A stretch of 64,000 bases of DNA from Myxococcales bacterium (GCA_029863605.1 JAOTVB010000003.1:20333-84332), one strand, 5' to 3'; shown: positions 30,849-41,648, numbered from the stretch's first letter. Program-made: numbers and translations. The notes: generated by a model from the letters alone, not told the origin.

Positions 30849-32743
30849 GGGTGCTCAGCAATGAAATCGGCGGCATACGGACCGACGACGTAATACACGT
30901 CGACGAAAGCCCGGCCGGCTCGGTTAGTCATCAGATAACGATCACGAAAGCGCCGAAGCGCCCAAATCTCGTCGGCAAGGGGCGACCCATAGGCGGCGGT
31001 CGCGACAAAGCACGGGGGGACGGTAGTGAAGTCGATGCGGGTCGTGGTCAAGGTTGCACGCGCTGCTGCGCTCCGTCCTTGGCAGATGTCGACGGCAGAT
31101 ATTTCGACCTCGTACTCGGCCTCGTGTTGGTCGAAGGCGATGTCGACCTCGAGGAGATCACCCGCGTCGAGGCAATCCCCATCGCCATCGCGATCGAGGC
31201 CGTTTTCGCACTCTCCTGCGGAGTTCGATACGTAAGGAGCGCACAGGGTCTCCGTCCATGTGCCGCCTTTGCAATCGCCATCCACCGGGATTTGCAGCCG
31301 GTCGCCGACCACCGGTCGGTCGTCCTCACTGAGCGCCACAGCTCTTGCCTCGTCGACCGCGATCCCATCGGTCGTTAGAATTTCGTACTGGCGCAATGGC
31401 AATAGGCTCGGAGGCACGGTGAACGCGAGGCGGCCTACGCGGTGGGACCACTTGGGATTGGGGTGATTCTCGATCGCGAGATCGACGATTGCAGCTGGGG
31501 CACCGTCTAGGTCGCAAGCGCCCACGCATCGATCTTCCGGACCACAGATGAAGCCGAAGTCGCATTGTTCGGAGTCGGTGCAAGGCTGGCTGCACTGTGG
31601 CGGCGGATCGGGCTGGCCGCAGATGTTGGTCGTGAGCACGCTGAGGGTTGCGCGAGTCCCTGCGACATCTTTGCGGAGCCGATCAGCGCCGCTTCCAGGC
31701 GCACCTTCCGGGTCGTCGGTGATCGAATCGTCCATGGTGATCATCGCGCCGTCTTCGCCGTGAAGGCTGCCGTAACCGATCGGGTCGACCGCGGTGTGGG
31801 TGGCGATCGGCACTCCTAGTGTGAACGGAATGCTGTAGACGACCGAGGGTTGCCCACGATAGGGGTAACCATAGGTCTGCGCCCAGAAATCAAAGCCGTC
31901 CGACATGGGCGCGGGATAGGTGACGTCGTTGAACACGTCGTTGTAGTCGCCCTCGACGTTCACCTCGACGAAAGCCGTATACTCGCCATCTTCCCATTCG
32001 CCCGGCACGAGATACTGGATCGCGATCGGCTGGTCCGCAGCGGGTGTGGCCATCGTCACGGCGTCGATTTCGGGCATGACGCGCTCCGCCTCGTCGATGA
32101 ATCGCGCCACGTCGGGATGATCGAACTCGCCGAGCCCGACGACGTCGCGGCGCGGCGGATAGAGCGAGCCCATCCCGAGGGCGCGCATCGTTTCGCTTCC
32201 AGACGGTAGGACGAATGGCTCTCCGTACCCGTTGCTCACGTCTTGCCCGCTCATGAAGCGACCCTTGTCGCTGTTGAAAACGCTTGCGCAGGTGACCGCG
32301 TCGAGGGCCTCTCGAGTCGTCGTCGTCTGGTCGAACGACAGACAAAAGTAGCTGTCAGGAGATGCGTCGACCGTATTCCGGGTCGCAAAACCTTCGGATA
32401 TTCGATCCTGGAAGATCACGAGCGGAAAGACCTCTGCACCTGGGGCCGTCGCGCGGCGCCAACCCCAAACGGGAAGAATTCCTTCGCGGCGCCCGTAAGG
32501 CCACCGAAAGCCGCTGTTCATCTGCAATGCGCCGGGACGATTGCCGACGCCCCGGAGGGCCACGGACGAGGTGAGCCGGACGGTGCCCATGAACGTGCCG
32601 TCGTCGCGCTCGATCCAGATTGCGATCTGCGCACGCTCGGTGGGGGTGAAGCTGAGCTCGAGGAGGCGTGCTTGAGCCGCGCTCACCCCGGAGCTTGCTA
32701 GCCAAGCTGCAACGACCCATAGGCTAAGCCATCCAAAGCGCAT
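30752..32743 (-). CDS. Large secreted protein, function unknown (Cys-rich / Asp-rich middle, C-terminal CFVATAAYGS module)
   Basis: 663 aa, signal peptide MRFGWLSLWVVAAWLASSGVSAAQA. Two DAVT[CM]A[ST] motifs. Cys-rich segment ..CGQPDPPPQCSQPCTDSEQCDFGFICGPEDRCVGAC.. and Asp-rich segment ..DRDGDGDCLD... Confidence 0.75.
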   Translation of the reverse strand: MRFGWLSLWVVAAWLASSGVSAAQARLLELSFTPTERAQIAIWIERDDGTFMGTVRLTSSVALRGVGNRPGALQMNSGFRWPYGRREGILPVWGWRRATAPGAEVFPLVIFQDRISEGFATRNTVDASPDSYFCLSFDQTTTTREALDAVTCASVFNSDKGRFMSGQDVSNGYGEPFVLPSGSETMRALGMGSLYPPRRDVVGLGEFDHPDVARFIDEAERVMPEIDAVTMATPAADQPIAIQYLVPGEWEDGEYTAFVEVNVEGDYNDVFNDVTYPAPMSDGFDFWAQTYGYPYRGQPSVVYSIPFTLGVPIATHTAVDPIGYGSLHGEDGAMITMDDSITDDPEGAPGSGADRLRKDVAGTRATLSVLTTNICGQPDPPPQCSQPCTDSEQCDFGFICGPEDRCVGACDLDGAPAAIVDLAIENHPNPKWSHRVGRLAFTVPPSLLPLRQYEILTTDGIAVDEARAVALSEDDRPVVGDRLQIPVDGDCKGGTWTETLCAPYVSNSAGECENGLDRDGDGDCLDAGDLLEVDIAFDQHEAEYEVEISAVDICQGRSAAARATLTTTRIDFTTVPPCFVATAAYGSPLADEIWALRRFRDRYLMTNRAGRAFVDVYYVVGPYAADFIAEHPWLRTTTRIFLTPLVALARHLTDDGIDENPGF

Positions 32744-32834
32744 GACTTGAGCAGCCTAGCCGGCTGGGTTTTGCCACTCAAGGAAACGCCTCGAGGGAAA
32801 TTTTTCGTCGTCCTTTCAGGCGGTTAGGCCGACC

Positions 32835-34874
<2,040 letters not shown>

Positions 34875-34928
34875 GGGCAAAGGCTATCACCGCTTGAAAA
34901 AGGGGAAAGTCGCCGTACATCAAGGTTC

Positions 34929-35630
34929 ATGGATTTGGGACGCTTTTGGGATGTGACCACTTCGACGGCAGCCAGCGCCGCCCGTCCCAACTTCGGCAAC
35001 GTTCACTACGAACGCACGAAGAGCCCGACGCAGCCGCTCGAGCTCTACGAGTTCGAGGTTTGTCCGTATTGCCGCATCGCTCGTGAAGCGCTCTCGGCTT
35101 TGAGTCTCGACCCGATCATCTATCCGTGCCCGAAAGGCGGCCGGCGGTTTCGCGAAAAGGTGAAGCGGGAAGGGGGCCGTTATCAGTTCCCCTACTTGGT
35201 CGATCCCAATACCGGGGTTGCGATGTACGAGTCTGCCGATATCGTCGACTATTTGTTTTCCGAGTATGGCAACGGGCAGGCGCCTTGGTTCCTCCGGCAG
35301 CGCGGCTTTGCGGTGTCGACGTCGATGCTCGCATCCAGCTTCCGCCCGTTCAAAGGTCGCCAGGCCGTGCCTTCACGCGAGCCGGAGGAGCTCCTCGAGC
35401 TCTATTCGTACGAGGGCTCGCCGTTTTGCCGCATCGCGCGCGAGGCCCTCTGTGAGCTCGAGCTTCCGCATCGAGTTAGGAACGTTCCGCGGCGAAGCCC
35501 CGATCGCGAGGGCTTCGTTGCCGTCTCCGGCAAGATGCGGGTGCCCTACCTGCTCGACCCCAATACCGGCACGCAAATGTTCGAGTCCGACGCGATTCGC
35601 CGCTATCTCTACGGGACCTACGCCCAATAG
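34929..35630 (+). CDS. Tandem glutaredoxin/GST-N-like domain protein
   Basis: ATG at 34929. Two homologous halves, ..YEFEVCPYCRIAREAL.. and ..YEGSPFCRIAREAL... Confidence 0.7.
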   Translation: MDLGRFWDVTTSTAASAARPNFGNVHYERTKSPTQPLELYEFEVCPYCRIAREALSALSLDPIIYPCPKGGRRFREKVKREGGRYQFPYLVDPNTGVAMYESADIVDYLFSEYGNGQAPWFLRQRGFAVSTSMLASSFRPFKGRQAVPSREPEELLELYSYEGSPFCRIAREALCELELPHRVRNVPRRSPDREGFVAVSGKMRVPYLLDPNTGTQMFESDAIRRYLYGTYAQ

Positions 35631-35648
35631 AAGGGGACGGTCCCTTTC
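35631..35648. terminator. Inverted repeat AAGGGGACGGTCCCTTT filling the gap between convergent stops
   Basis: Read directly. It is one of three near-identical GGGGAC-N-GTCC hairpins in the window. The flanking T-tracts are short. Confidence 0.4.
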
Positions 35649-36737
35649 CTAGCGGTGGCTCTTGGCAAACGCTCGGGCAAAATCGACGAACTTTTGCACG
35701 CTTTCGGGCTCCATCGCGTTGTATATCGACGTCCGAATGCCGCCTACCGAGCGGTGCCCCTTGATGCCGACCATCCCTGCCTCGGCAGCATCCGCGATGA
35801 GCCTCTTTTCGAGGTCTTCGGAGGGCAATCGGAACACGGGGTTCATCACCGACCGCGAGTCGACCTCGACCGGACAGCGGAAGAAGTCCGGGTCCCCGTC
35901 GACCATGCCATAGATCATCTTTGCCTTCTCCCTGTTGCGCTTTTCCATCGCTCGGGCGCCGCCCTGGGCCTTGACCCATCGAAGCACGTTCCGAACCATG
36001 TAAACCGCAAAGGTCGGGATGGTGTTCTGGAGCGAATCTCCCTCGAGGATCGTCTTGTATCGGAAGATCTTGGGGATCGTGCTCGGACTCCGCTCCGCGA
36101 GCTCCTTTCGGAAGATGAGGACCGTGATCCCGGCGGGCCCGAGATTCTTCTGGGCTCCAGCATAGACGAGCCCGAACTTCGAAACATCGATTGGCCGCCA
36201 CAGAATGTCACTCGACATGTCTGCGACGAGCGGCACGTCGCCCGTGTCGGGAAACCGGTGAAACTGCGTGCCCATGATCGTGTTGTTGCTCGTCATGTGC
36301 ACATAAGCCGCGTTGGGATCGAGCTCGAGCTCGGCCTGCGCAGGCACACGGATGTACTTACCGTCGACCTCTCCTGTGCCCGCCTCGCGCGCCTCTCCCG
36401 TGATCTTCGCTTCAGCCAGCGCCTTCGTGCTCCACGTTCCCGTCATGATGTAGTCGGCCGACTGACCAGGGGCGCGGAGGTTCATCGGTGCCAAGGCGAA
36501 CTGGGCCGTTGCACCGCCTTGCATGAAGAGCACTTCGTGGGTTTCCGGGATGTCCAGCAGCTCGCGCAAAAGCGCCTTTGCTTCTTCGTGCACTTTGGCG
36601 TACGCCGCGCCCCGGTGGCTGTGCTCGAGGAGAGACATGCCCGTCCCCTCGTGGTCGAGGAATTCCTGTTGGGCGTATTCGAGGACCGACAACGGGAGCG
36701 TTGCCGGGCCTGAGCTGAAGTTGATGACGCGAGCCAT
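35649..36737 (-). CDS. serC: Phosphoserine aminotransferase
   Basis: 362 aa. ..NFSSGPA.., ..YAGAQKNLGPAG.. (PLP Lys region). Confidence 0.95.
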   Translation of the reverse strand: MARVINFSSGPATLPLSVLEYAQQEFLDHEGTGMSLLEHSHRGAAYAKVHEEAKALLRELLDIPETHEVLFMQGGATAQFALAPMNLRAPGQSADYIMTGTWSTKALAEAKITGEAREAGTGEVDGKYIRVPAQAELELDPNAAYVHMTSNNTIMGTQFHRFPDTGDVPLVADMSSDILWRPIDVSKFGLVYAGAQKNLGPAGITVLIFRKELAERSPSTIPKIFRYKTILEGDSLQNTIPTFAVYMVRNVLRWVKAQGGARAMEKRNREKAKMIYGMVDGDPDFFRCPVEVDSRSVMNPVFRLPSEDLEKRLIADAAEAGMVGIKGHRSVGGIRTSIYNAMEPESVQKFVDFARAFAKSHR

Positions 36738-36835
36738 AGGCGGCGGAGCCTAGCCGTGGTTTTGCTCCGCGCAAGGTTCACCCGGGGCTTCCAGTTGCGT
36801 CAGGAATCGGCGCGGCTATACGAACGCCCGGCCTC

Positions 36836-36911
<76 letters not shown>

Positions 36912-36957
36912 CCACTCGAAAAACCAAGTCTGCCGGCGGGGTTGCCGGTCGGGGTCT

Positions 36958-37716
36958 TTGCCCTCTACCTTGATGCGTATGAGGGAGCTTTTTCGAGCCT
37001 GTAGTGCGGTGGTGCTCGTCCTGTCTGCGTCGGTGGCCGGCGCCTCGACGAGCGCGCAAGAACCCGAGGACGACACAGCAGCGCGCGAGTACTTCGAGAA
37101 GGGGCGCGTTGCATTCGACGGTGCGGACTACGAGCGCGCGCTCGTATATTTTCGGCACGCGTATCGCCTGAGCCAACGTTCGGAGCTTCAATACAATATC
37201 GGGGTCGCGGCCGACCGGCTACAAAGAGAAGACGAAGCGCTCGAGGCGTTCGAGCAGTATCTCGCAGCGAGCGAGGAACCGGAGCGCGAAGCCGAGGTGC
37301 GCGAGCGAGTCAACGCCCTTCGTGCTTCGATCGAGGAGCGCGAGGCCACCGAACGCGCGCTCGTCGACGCAACAGCACGATACGAAGGATCGGATCCGCT
37401 CGCCGAGCGATCCGGCGCAAAGCTTCCGACATCGACGATTGCAGGTGGTTCGGCGCTCGCGGCGATAGGCGGAGCGGGAGTTGCCGCAATGGCGGTCGGA
37501 CTCGCGCGCGATGGCTCGTGCAAAGAAGAAAGAGGTGGAACGTGCGTCACCGAACACTCGGCGACAGCGTGGACCTGGGTGTACGGCGGTCTGGGCATTG
37601 CTGCGCTTGCAGGTAGCGCGACTTGGTTTGCGGTGAGTTACAAGCGCAACAAGGAGAACCGCGAAACCGCATGGACAATCACGCCGACCGGCGTCGTGGT
37701 ATCAGGAAAGTTCTAA
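36958..37716 (+). CDS. Secreted TPR-like protein with C-terminal membrane anchor, function unknown
   Basis: 252 aa. Signal peptide, TPR-like ..[14 protein letters not shown].., Glu-rich helix, Gly/Ala-rich TM segments. Confidence 0.55.
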   Translation: MPSTLMRMRELFRACSAVVLVLSASVAGASTSAQEPEDDTAAREYFEKGRVAFDGADYERALVYFRHAYRLSQRSELQYNIGVAADRLQREDEALEAFEQYLAASEEPEREAEVRERVNALRASIEEREATERALVDATARYEGSDPLAERSGAKLPTSTIAGGSALAAIGGAGVAAMAVGLARDGSCKEERGGTCVTEHSATAWTWVYGGLGIAALAGSATWFAVSYKRNKENRETAWTITPTGVVVSGKF

Positions 37717-37748
37717 TGGCTGTATTATATATGATACGCTTAGAAAGC

Positions 37749-38423
37749 TCATATTTTCAAGGTGTTATATAACTCGACGGCTGCATCGACCAGGTCGTTT
37801 TCGCTCTGCACGCGAGGTACGCGTAGCACGGGGATGCGCGGAAAGTAGTCGGCGAGGACTTCTCGATTCGAGAGGCGACTCATGTCTTCCCTGCTGCTTC
37901 GTTCGACGTGATTGAGAACGATCGCTCGCACGGAGATCTTTCGTCGGCGCAATGCCTCCATCGCCGTGAGCGTATAGGAAAGGACACCGAGGTCATTGCG
38001 TGCGACGACGACTGTCTGTAGATCGAGCAGCGCGCCGAGGTCCGCGATCGTATGCTCCCGATCGAGCGGAACCAACACGCCGCCGATCCCTTCGACGATC
38101 GAATAGTCCGCCTCTTTGCCGAGCTCGCGAATTCGTTTTGCGAGTGCGCGCAACGAACCGACCTTGGGGCCGCCGCGCCTCTCGATGGCGTACGGCGAAA
38201 GGGCATCCTTGGCGCGATAGAAGCCTGGGGCGTCTGCAAGCGAATCGTTGCCGCAAGCTTGCCCGAGAGCGATCGCATCGCGAGGCTCCGGATCACAACC
38301 GGTCTCGATCGGCTTCATCGCGGCCACTCGCTTTCCGCGTTGGACACACGCGGTTGCAAGCGCGCATGCGAGCCACGTCTTGCCAACGCCTGTGCCGGTT
38401 GCTGTGATGAAAGTGCCCTGCAT
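37749..38423 (-). CDS. bioD: Dethiobiotin synthase
   Basis: 224 aa. ..FITATGTGVGKT.. P-loop, directly downstream of bioF. Confidence 0.9.
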   Translation of the reverse strand: MQGTFITATGTGVGKTWLACALATACVQRGKRVAAMKPIETGCDPEPRDAIALGQACGNDSLADAPGFYRAKDALSPYAIERRGGPKVGSLRALAKRIRELGKEADYSIVEGIGGVLVPLDREHTIADLGALLDLQTVVVARNDLGVLSYTLTAMEALRRRKISVRAIVLNHVERSSREDMSRLSNREVLADYFPRIPVLRVPRVQSENDLVDAAVELYNTLKI

Positions 38424-38435
38424 TACGTTCGCCTC

Positions 38436-39593
38436 CTAGTCGTTTGAAGCCAAGCTCGCGAAAACCTTGATCGCTTGGTCGATGTGCTCCGGGCGATGTG
38501 TTGCCATCGGTGTCAGTCGAAGGCGCGCTGTTCCCCGAGGAACTGTCGGTGGTCTGATTCCCTGCACGAAAATCCCTTGCTCGAGAAGTCTCGCAGACAA
38601 GCGCATCGTACGATCGTTGTCGCCTATCATCACCGGAAGTATTTGGCTCTCCCCGCGTGGAAGATCGTACCCGAGATCGCGAAGGCCGATGCGCAGTCGG
38701 GAAGCGTGCTGGAGGAGGGTGGTGCGCGCTTCGGAGCCGCGCCGAACGAGGGAAAGTGCCGCGAGCCCAGCGCGTGCAAGCGATGGTGGAGGAGCCGTCG
38801 AGTAGACGTAACTTCTTGCGCGGTTCTGCACGAGCGAGACGACCGCTTCGGTGGCAGCGACGAAAGCCCCGGCGCCGCCAAAAGCTTTTCCGAGTGTACC
38901 GATGAGCACGTCGGGTACGATCTCGGCCGCGGCGCTGAGACCACTGCCTTGTGGGCCGAAGACCCCGAGCGCGTGCGCTTCGTCGACGAGAAGGCCAGCG
39001 TCATACGACCCTGCCAGCCGAGCGAGATCGCGAAGAGGTGCCGCGACGCCGTCCATCGAGAAGAGCGAGTCGGTCACGATCAAGGCTCGCTCGGCCCGGG
39101 TGCGGTGGGCGTGTAACAACGATTCGAGATGCTCGGCGTCGCGGTGCCGATAGACATGGACCCTGGCTCGCGAGAGGCGGCAGCCGTCGATTAGGCTCGC
39201 GTGATTGAGGGCGTCGCTGAAGATCGCATCGCCTTCTCGGACCAGGGCCTGAATCGTTCCCACGTTGGCCGCGTACCCATTGGCGAAGAGGGCGGCCGCG
39301 GGCGCGGAGACGAAATCGGCGAGTGCACGTTCCGCCTCTTGATGGGCGCGCATCGTTCCCGTGATGAGCCGGGAGGCGCCGGCGCCGTATCCCTCGTGTT
39401 CGTCGGCGGCAGCCAGAAGGTCTGGATGGTTCGCCAGACCGAGATAGTTGTTCGAGCAAAAGCAGAGGACGGCTCGACCGTCGATTCGGACCTCAGGGCC
39501 CTGCGGACCTTCGATGCGAAATGGGCGTCGAAGGAGGCCGGCCTCCTCGAGCTCCCGGAGGGCCCCCCCGATCTGTTCCCGGAACCGCGTCAC
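38436..39593 (-). CDS. bioF: 8-amino-7-oxononanoate synthase
   Basis: 385 aa, GTG start. PLP alpha-oxoamine synthase motifs (..NNYLGL.., ..GTLGKAFG..). Confidence 0.9.
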   Translation of the reverse strand: MTRFREQIGGALRELEEAGLLRRPFRIEGPQGPEVRIDGRAVLCFCSNNYLGLANHPDLLAAADEHEGYGAGASRLITGTMRAHQEAERALADFVSAPAAALFANGYAANVGTIQALVREGDAIFSDALNHASLIDGCRLSRARVHVYRHRDAEHLESLLHAHRTRAERALIVTDSLFSMDGVAAPLRDLARLAGSYDAGLLVDEAHALGVFGPQGSGLSAAAEIVPDVLIGTLGKAFGGAGAFVAATEAVVSLVQNRARSYVYSTAPPPSLARAGLAALSLVRRGSEARTTLLQHASRLRIGLRDLGYDLPRGESQILPVMIGDNDRTMRLSARLLEQGIFVQGIRPPTVPRGTARLRLTPMATHRPEHIDQAIKVFASLASND

Positions 39594-39644
39594 GCCGGAT
39601 CTAAGCCCACGGACAACGGAGGGTCAAACCGGGTCCTCGGCGGC

Positions 39645-39672
39645 GTTCCACGTGCAACGTTGCACGTGCAAC
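39645..39672. repeat. Two tandem 14-bp palindromic units GTT[C/G]CACGTGCAAC (parS-like or operator)
   Basis: Read directly: GTTCCACGTGCAAC (39645-39658) then GTTGCACGTGCAAC (39659-39672). Includes a perfect 20-bp palindrome at 39649-39668. Lies 52 nt upstream of the bioF GTG. Confidence 0.6.
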
Positions 39673-39693
39673 AATCCGGGGCCGCCCCGAACC

Positions 39694-40677
39694 TCAAAGC
39701 TTCAAATCTGCTCGGGGATCGGTAGCGAAAGCCTCCTCCACGGTCTCGAGCGCCTTCTCGACCTCGCCCGATCGCCCCGCTGGAAGCCTGATCTCAAGAT
39801 GGGCGATCAGGTCGCCACGCGGCTTCCCTTTGGCCTCGATCCCCTTCCCTCGAATCCTCAGCTTCGCCCCGTTTTGAGAGCCCGGCGGGATCGCGAGTGT
39901 CACGCTTCCGCTGGGAGTCGGCACGTTCACTTTGGCGCCCGAATAGGCCTCGAGCGGCGTGACGGGGACTCGAACGTGGAGTTGCCTCCCTCGCATCGAG
40001 AAGAACGGGTGCTTTCGAACCTTCACCCTCAGGACGAGATCACCTGCCGGGCCGCCGTCGATCCCGTGGCCGCCCTGCCCCCGCAGCCGAATCTTGCCAT
40101 CGCTCTTGACCCCCGCTGGGATTCGCACCTTGAGCGTTCGATCTCCGCCGTCGGAGGACCGGAGACTCAGCTCCTTCGTGCACCCAAGCACAGCGTCCCG
40201 AAAGTCGATCGTGACCTCGGAGGCGAGATCTGGGCCGGGCCGTGGCGCCCGGACATAGGCTCCACCCGAAGCCCCGCCGAAAAGGTCCTCGAGGTTCACC
40301 CGGAACGGACCGCCTCTTGGGGCCCGGCCGCCCCGGACTCCGCCGCCAAAGATCTCGCTGAAGTCGAAGCCACCCGCTTCGCCGAAACCTCCGCCGCCGA
40401 AACCGCCCACCCCCTGAGTCGCCGCGTGATAGGCCTCGGGGTCGAAACCCTCGCGAAGGCCAACCTCTCCAAACTCGTCGTAGAGCTTCCGCTTATTCGC
40501 ATCCGATAGAACGTCGTAAGCTCCGGAAACGTCTTTGAAGCGCTCCTCGGCCTTTTTGTCGTCGGGGTTGCGATCGGGGTGCAGCTCTTTGGCAAGCTGG
40601 CGGTAGGCCTTCTTGAGCTCCTCTGCGCTTGCACTCCGCGAAACCCCCAGGATCTTATAGAAATCGCGGTCAGCCAT
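39694..40677 (-). CDS. cbpA: J-domain protein of the CbpA type (DnaJ without zinc finger)
   Basis: 327 aa. ..[18 protein letters not shown].. J domain, Gly-rich linker, DnaJ C-terminal domains, no CxxCxGxG repeats. Confidence 0.8.
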   Translation of the reverse strand: MADRDFYKILGVSRSASAEELKKAYRQLAKELHPDRNPDDKKAEERFKDVSGAYDVLSDANKRKLYDEFGEVGLREGFDPEAYHAATQGVGGFGGGGFGEAGGFDFSEIFGGGVRGGRAPRGGPFRVNLEDLFGGASGGAYVRAPRPGPDLASEVTIDFRDAVLGCTKELSLRSSDGGDRTLKVRIPAGVKSDGKIRLRGQGGHGIDGGPAGDLVLRVKVRKHPFFSMRGRQLHVRVPVTPLEAYSGAKVNVPTPSGSVTLAIPPGSQNGAKLRIRGKGIEAKGKPRGDLIAHLEIRLPAGRSGEVEKALETVEEAFATDPRADLKL

Positions 40678-40871
40678 GGCGAGACAAGATAACCACTACG
40701 CTTCGGTTTTCAATCAAAACGAACGACCGATTGCGCGTATTAGGCATTTTAGTTGGATTCTTCATGCCAATTTTGTCATTTTTGGGCGCTATACATGTCA
40801 ATAGCGCGAGTACTCTCCGCGGGACGACCGCCCTTCTTGCTGGGCAGTGGGGCGCATGATACTCGCTCGCC

Positions 40872-41648
40872 ATGGGCTTGGTCGACGTCAGCCGACTCCC
40901 GCAGCATGTCGCGATCATCATGGACGGCAACGGGCGTTGGGCACAAGCGCGGGGACAGCCGCGGACTTTTGGGCATGCGCGCGGTGCGGATGCCGTACGC
41001 GATGTCATGCGGGCAGCGAGGCGACTCGGCATTCCGGCCTTGACCTTATACGCGTTCAGCGAGCAAAACTGGGATCGCCCGCAGGACGAAGTCGATGCGC
41101 TCGTCGATCTACTGTGCGAGCACTTGGTATCCGAACGCGATGAGCTGACCGACAACGAGATCCGTTTGTCTGCGATCGGACGTCTTCACAAATTGCCGAC
41201 ACGCGCGCGCGAACGATTGCAGAAGTTGATGGCGGACACCGCGCAATACGATGGGATGACGCTGACGCTTGCGCTCTCGTACGGAGGCCGTGAAGAAATG
41301 GTCGACGCCATGCGCACGCTTGCCGAGCGAGTTGCAAGCGGAACGCTCGAACCGACTGCGATCGACAGCGCCACGCTCGAAAATGAGTTGGCATCGATGA
41401 ACGTTGGTCCCGTCGACTTACTGATTCGCACGGGGGGCGAGCAGCGGATGAGCAACTTTTTGCCCTGGGGTGCGGCCTACGCGGAGCTTCACTTCACGGA
41501 CGAGCTCTGGCCCGATTTTGGGGCTAATTCGCTGTATGATGCCCTGAGCGCCTACCAGAATCGCGAGCGGCGATTCGGCCTAGTCCCCGACGACTGCGAG
41601 GCGGCTAAAGCCCCTTTAGCGAGGGGCAGCTTGGAGCGCGCACTTTGA
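40872..41648 (+). CDS. uppS: Undecaprenyl diphosphate synthase
   Basis: 258 aa. ..HVAIIMDGNGRWA.., ..RTGGEQRMSNFLPW... Confidence 0.93.
   Translation: MGLVDVSRLPQHVAIIMDGNGRWAQARGQPRTFGHARGADAVRDVMRAARRLGIPALTLYAFSEQNWDRPQDEVDALVDLLCEHLVSERDELTDNEIRLSAIGRLHKLPTRARERLQKLMADTAQYDGMTLTLALSYGGREEMVDAMRTLAERVASGTLEPTAIDSATLENELASMNVGPVDLLIRTGGEQRMSNFLPWGAAYAELHFTDELWPDFGANSLYDALSAYQNRERRFGLVPDDCEAAKAPLARGSLERAL

Noticed and set aside
36795-36822. Sigma-70-like promoter for tRNA-Ala (TTGCGT-16 nt-TATACG)
   Set aside because: Spacing is acceptable but both hexamers are weak. There is not enough support to list it as a feature.
40629-40859. 76-aa ORF inside the AT-rich cbpA/uppS spacer
   Set aside because: No ribosome-binding site, composition unlike neighbouring genes, and it overlaps the cbpA-like start. 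Treated as regulatory DNA.
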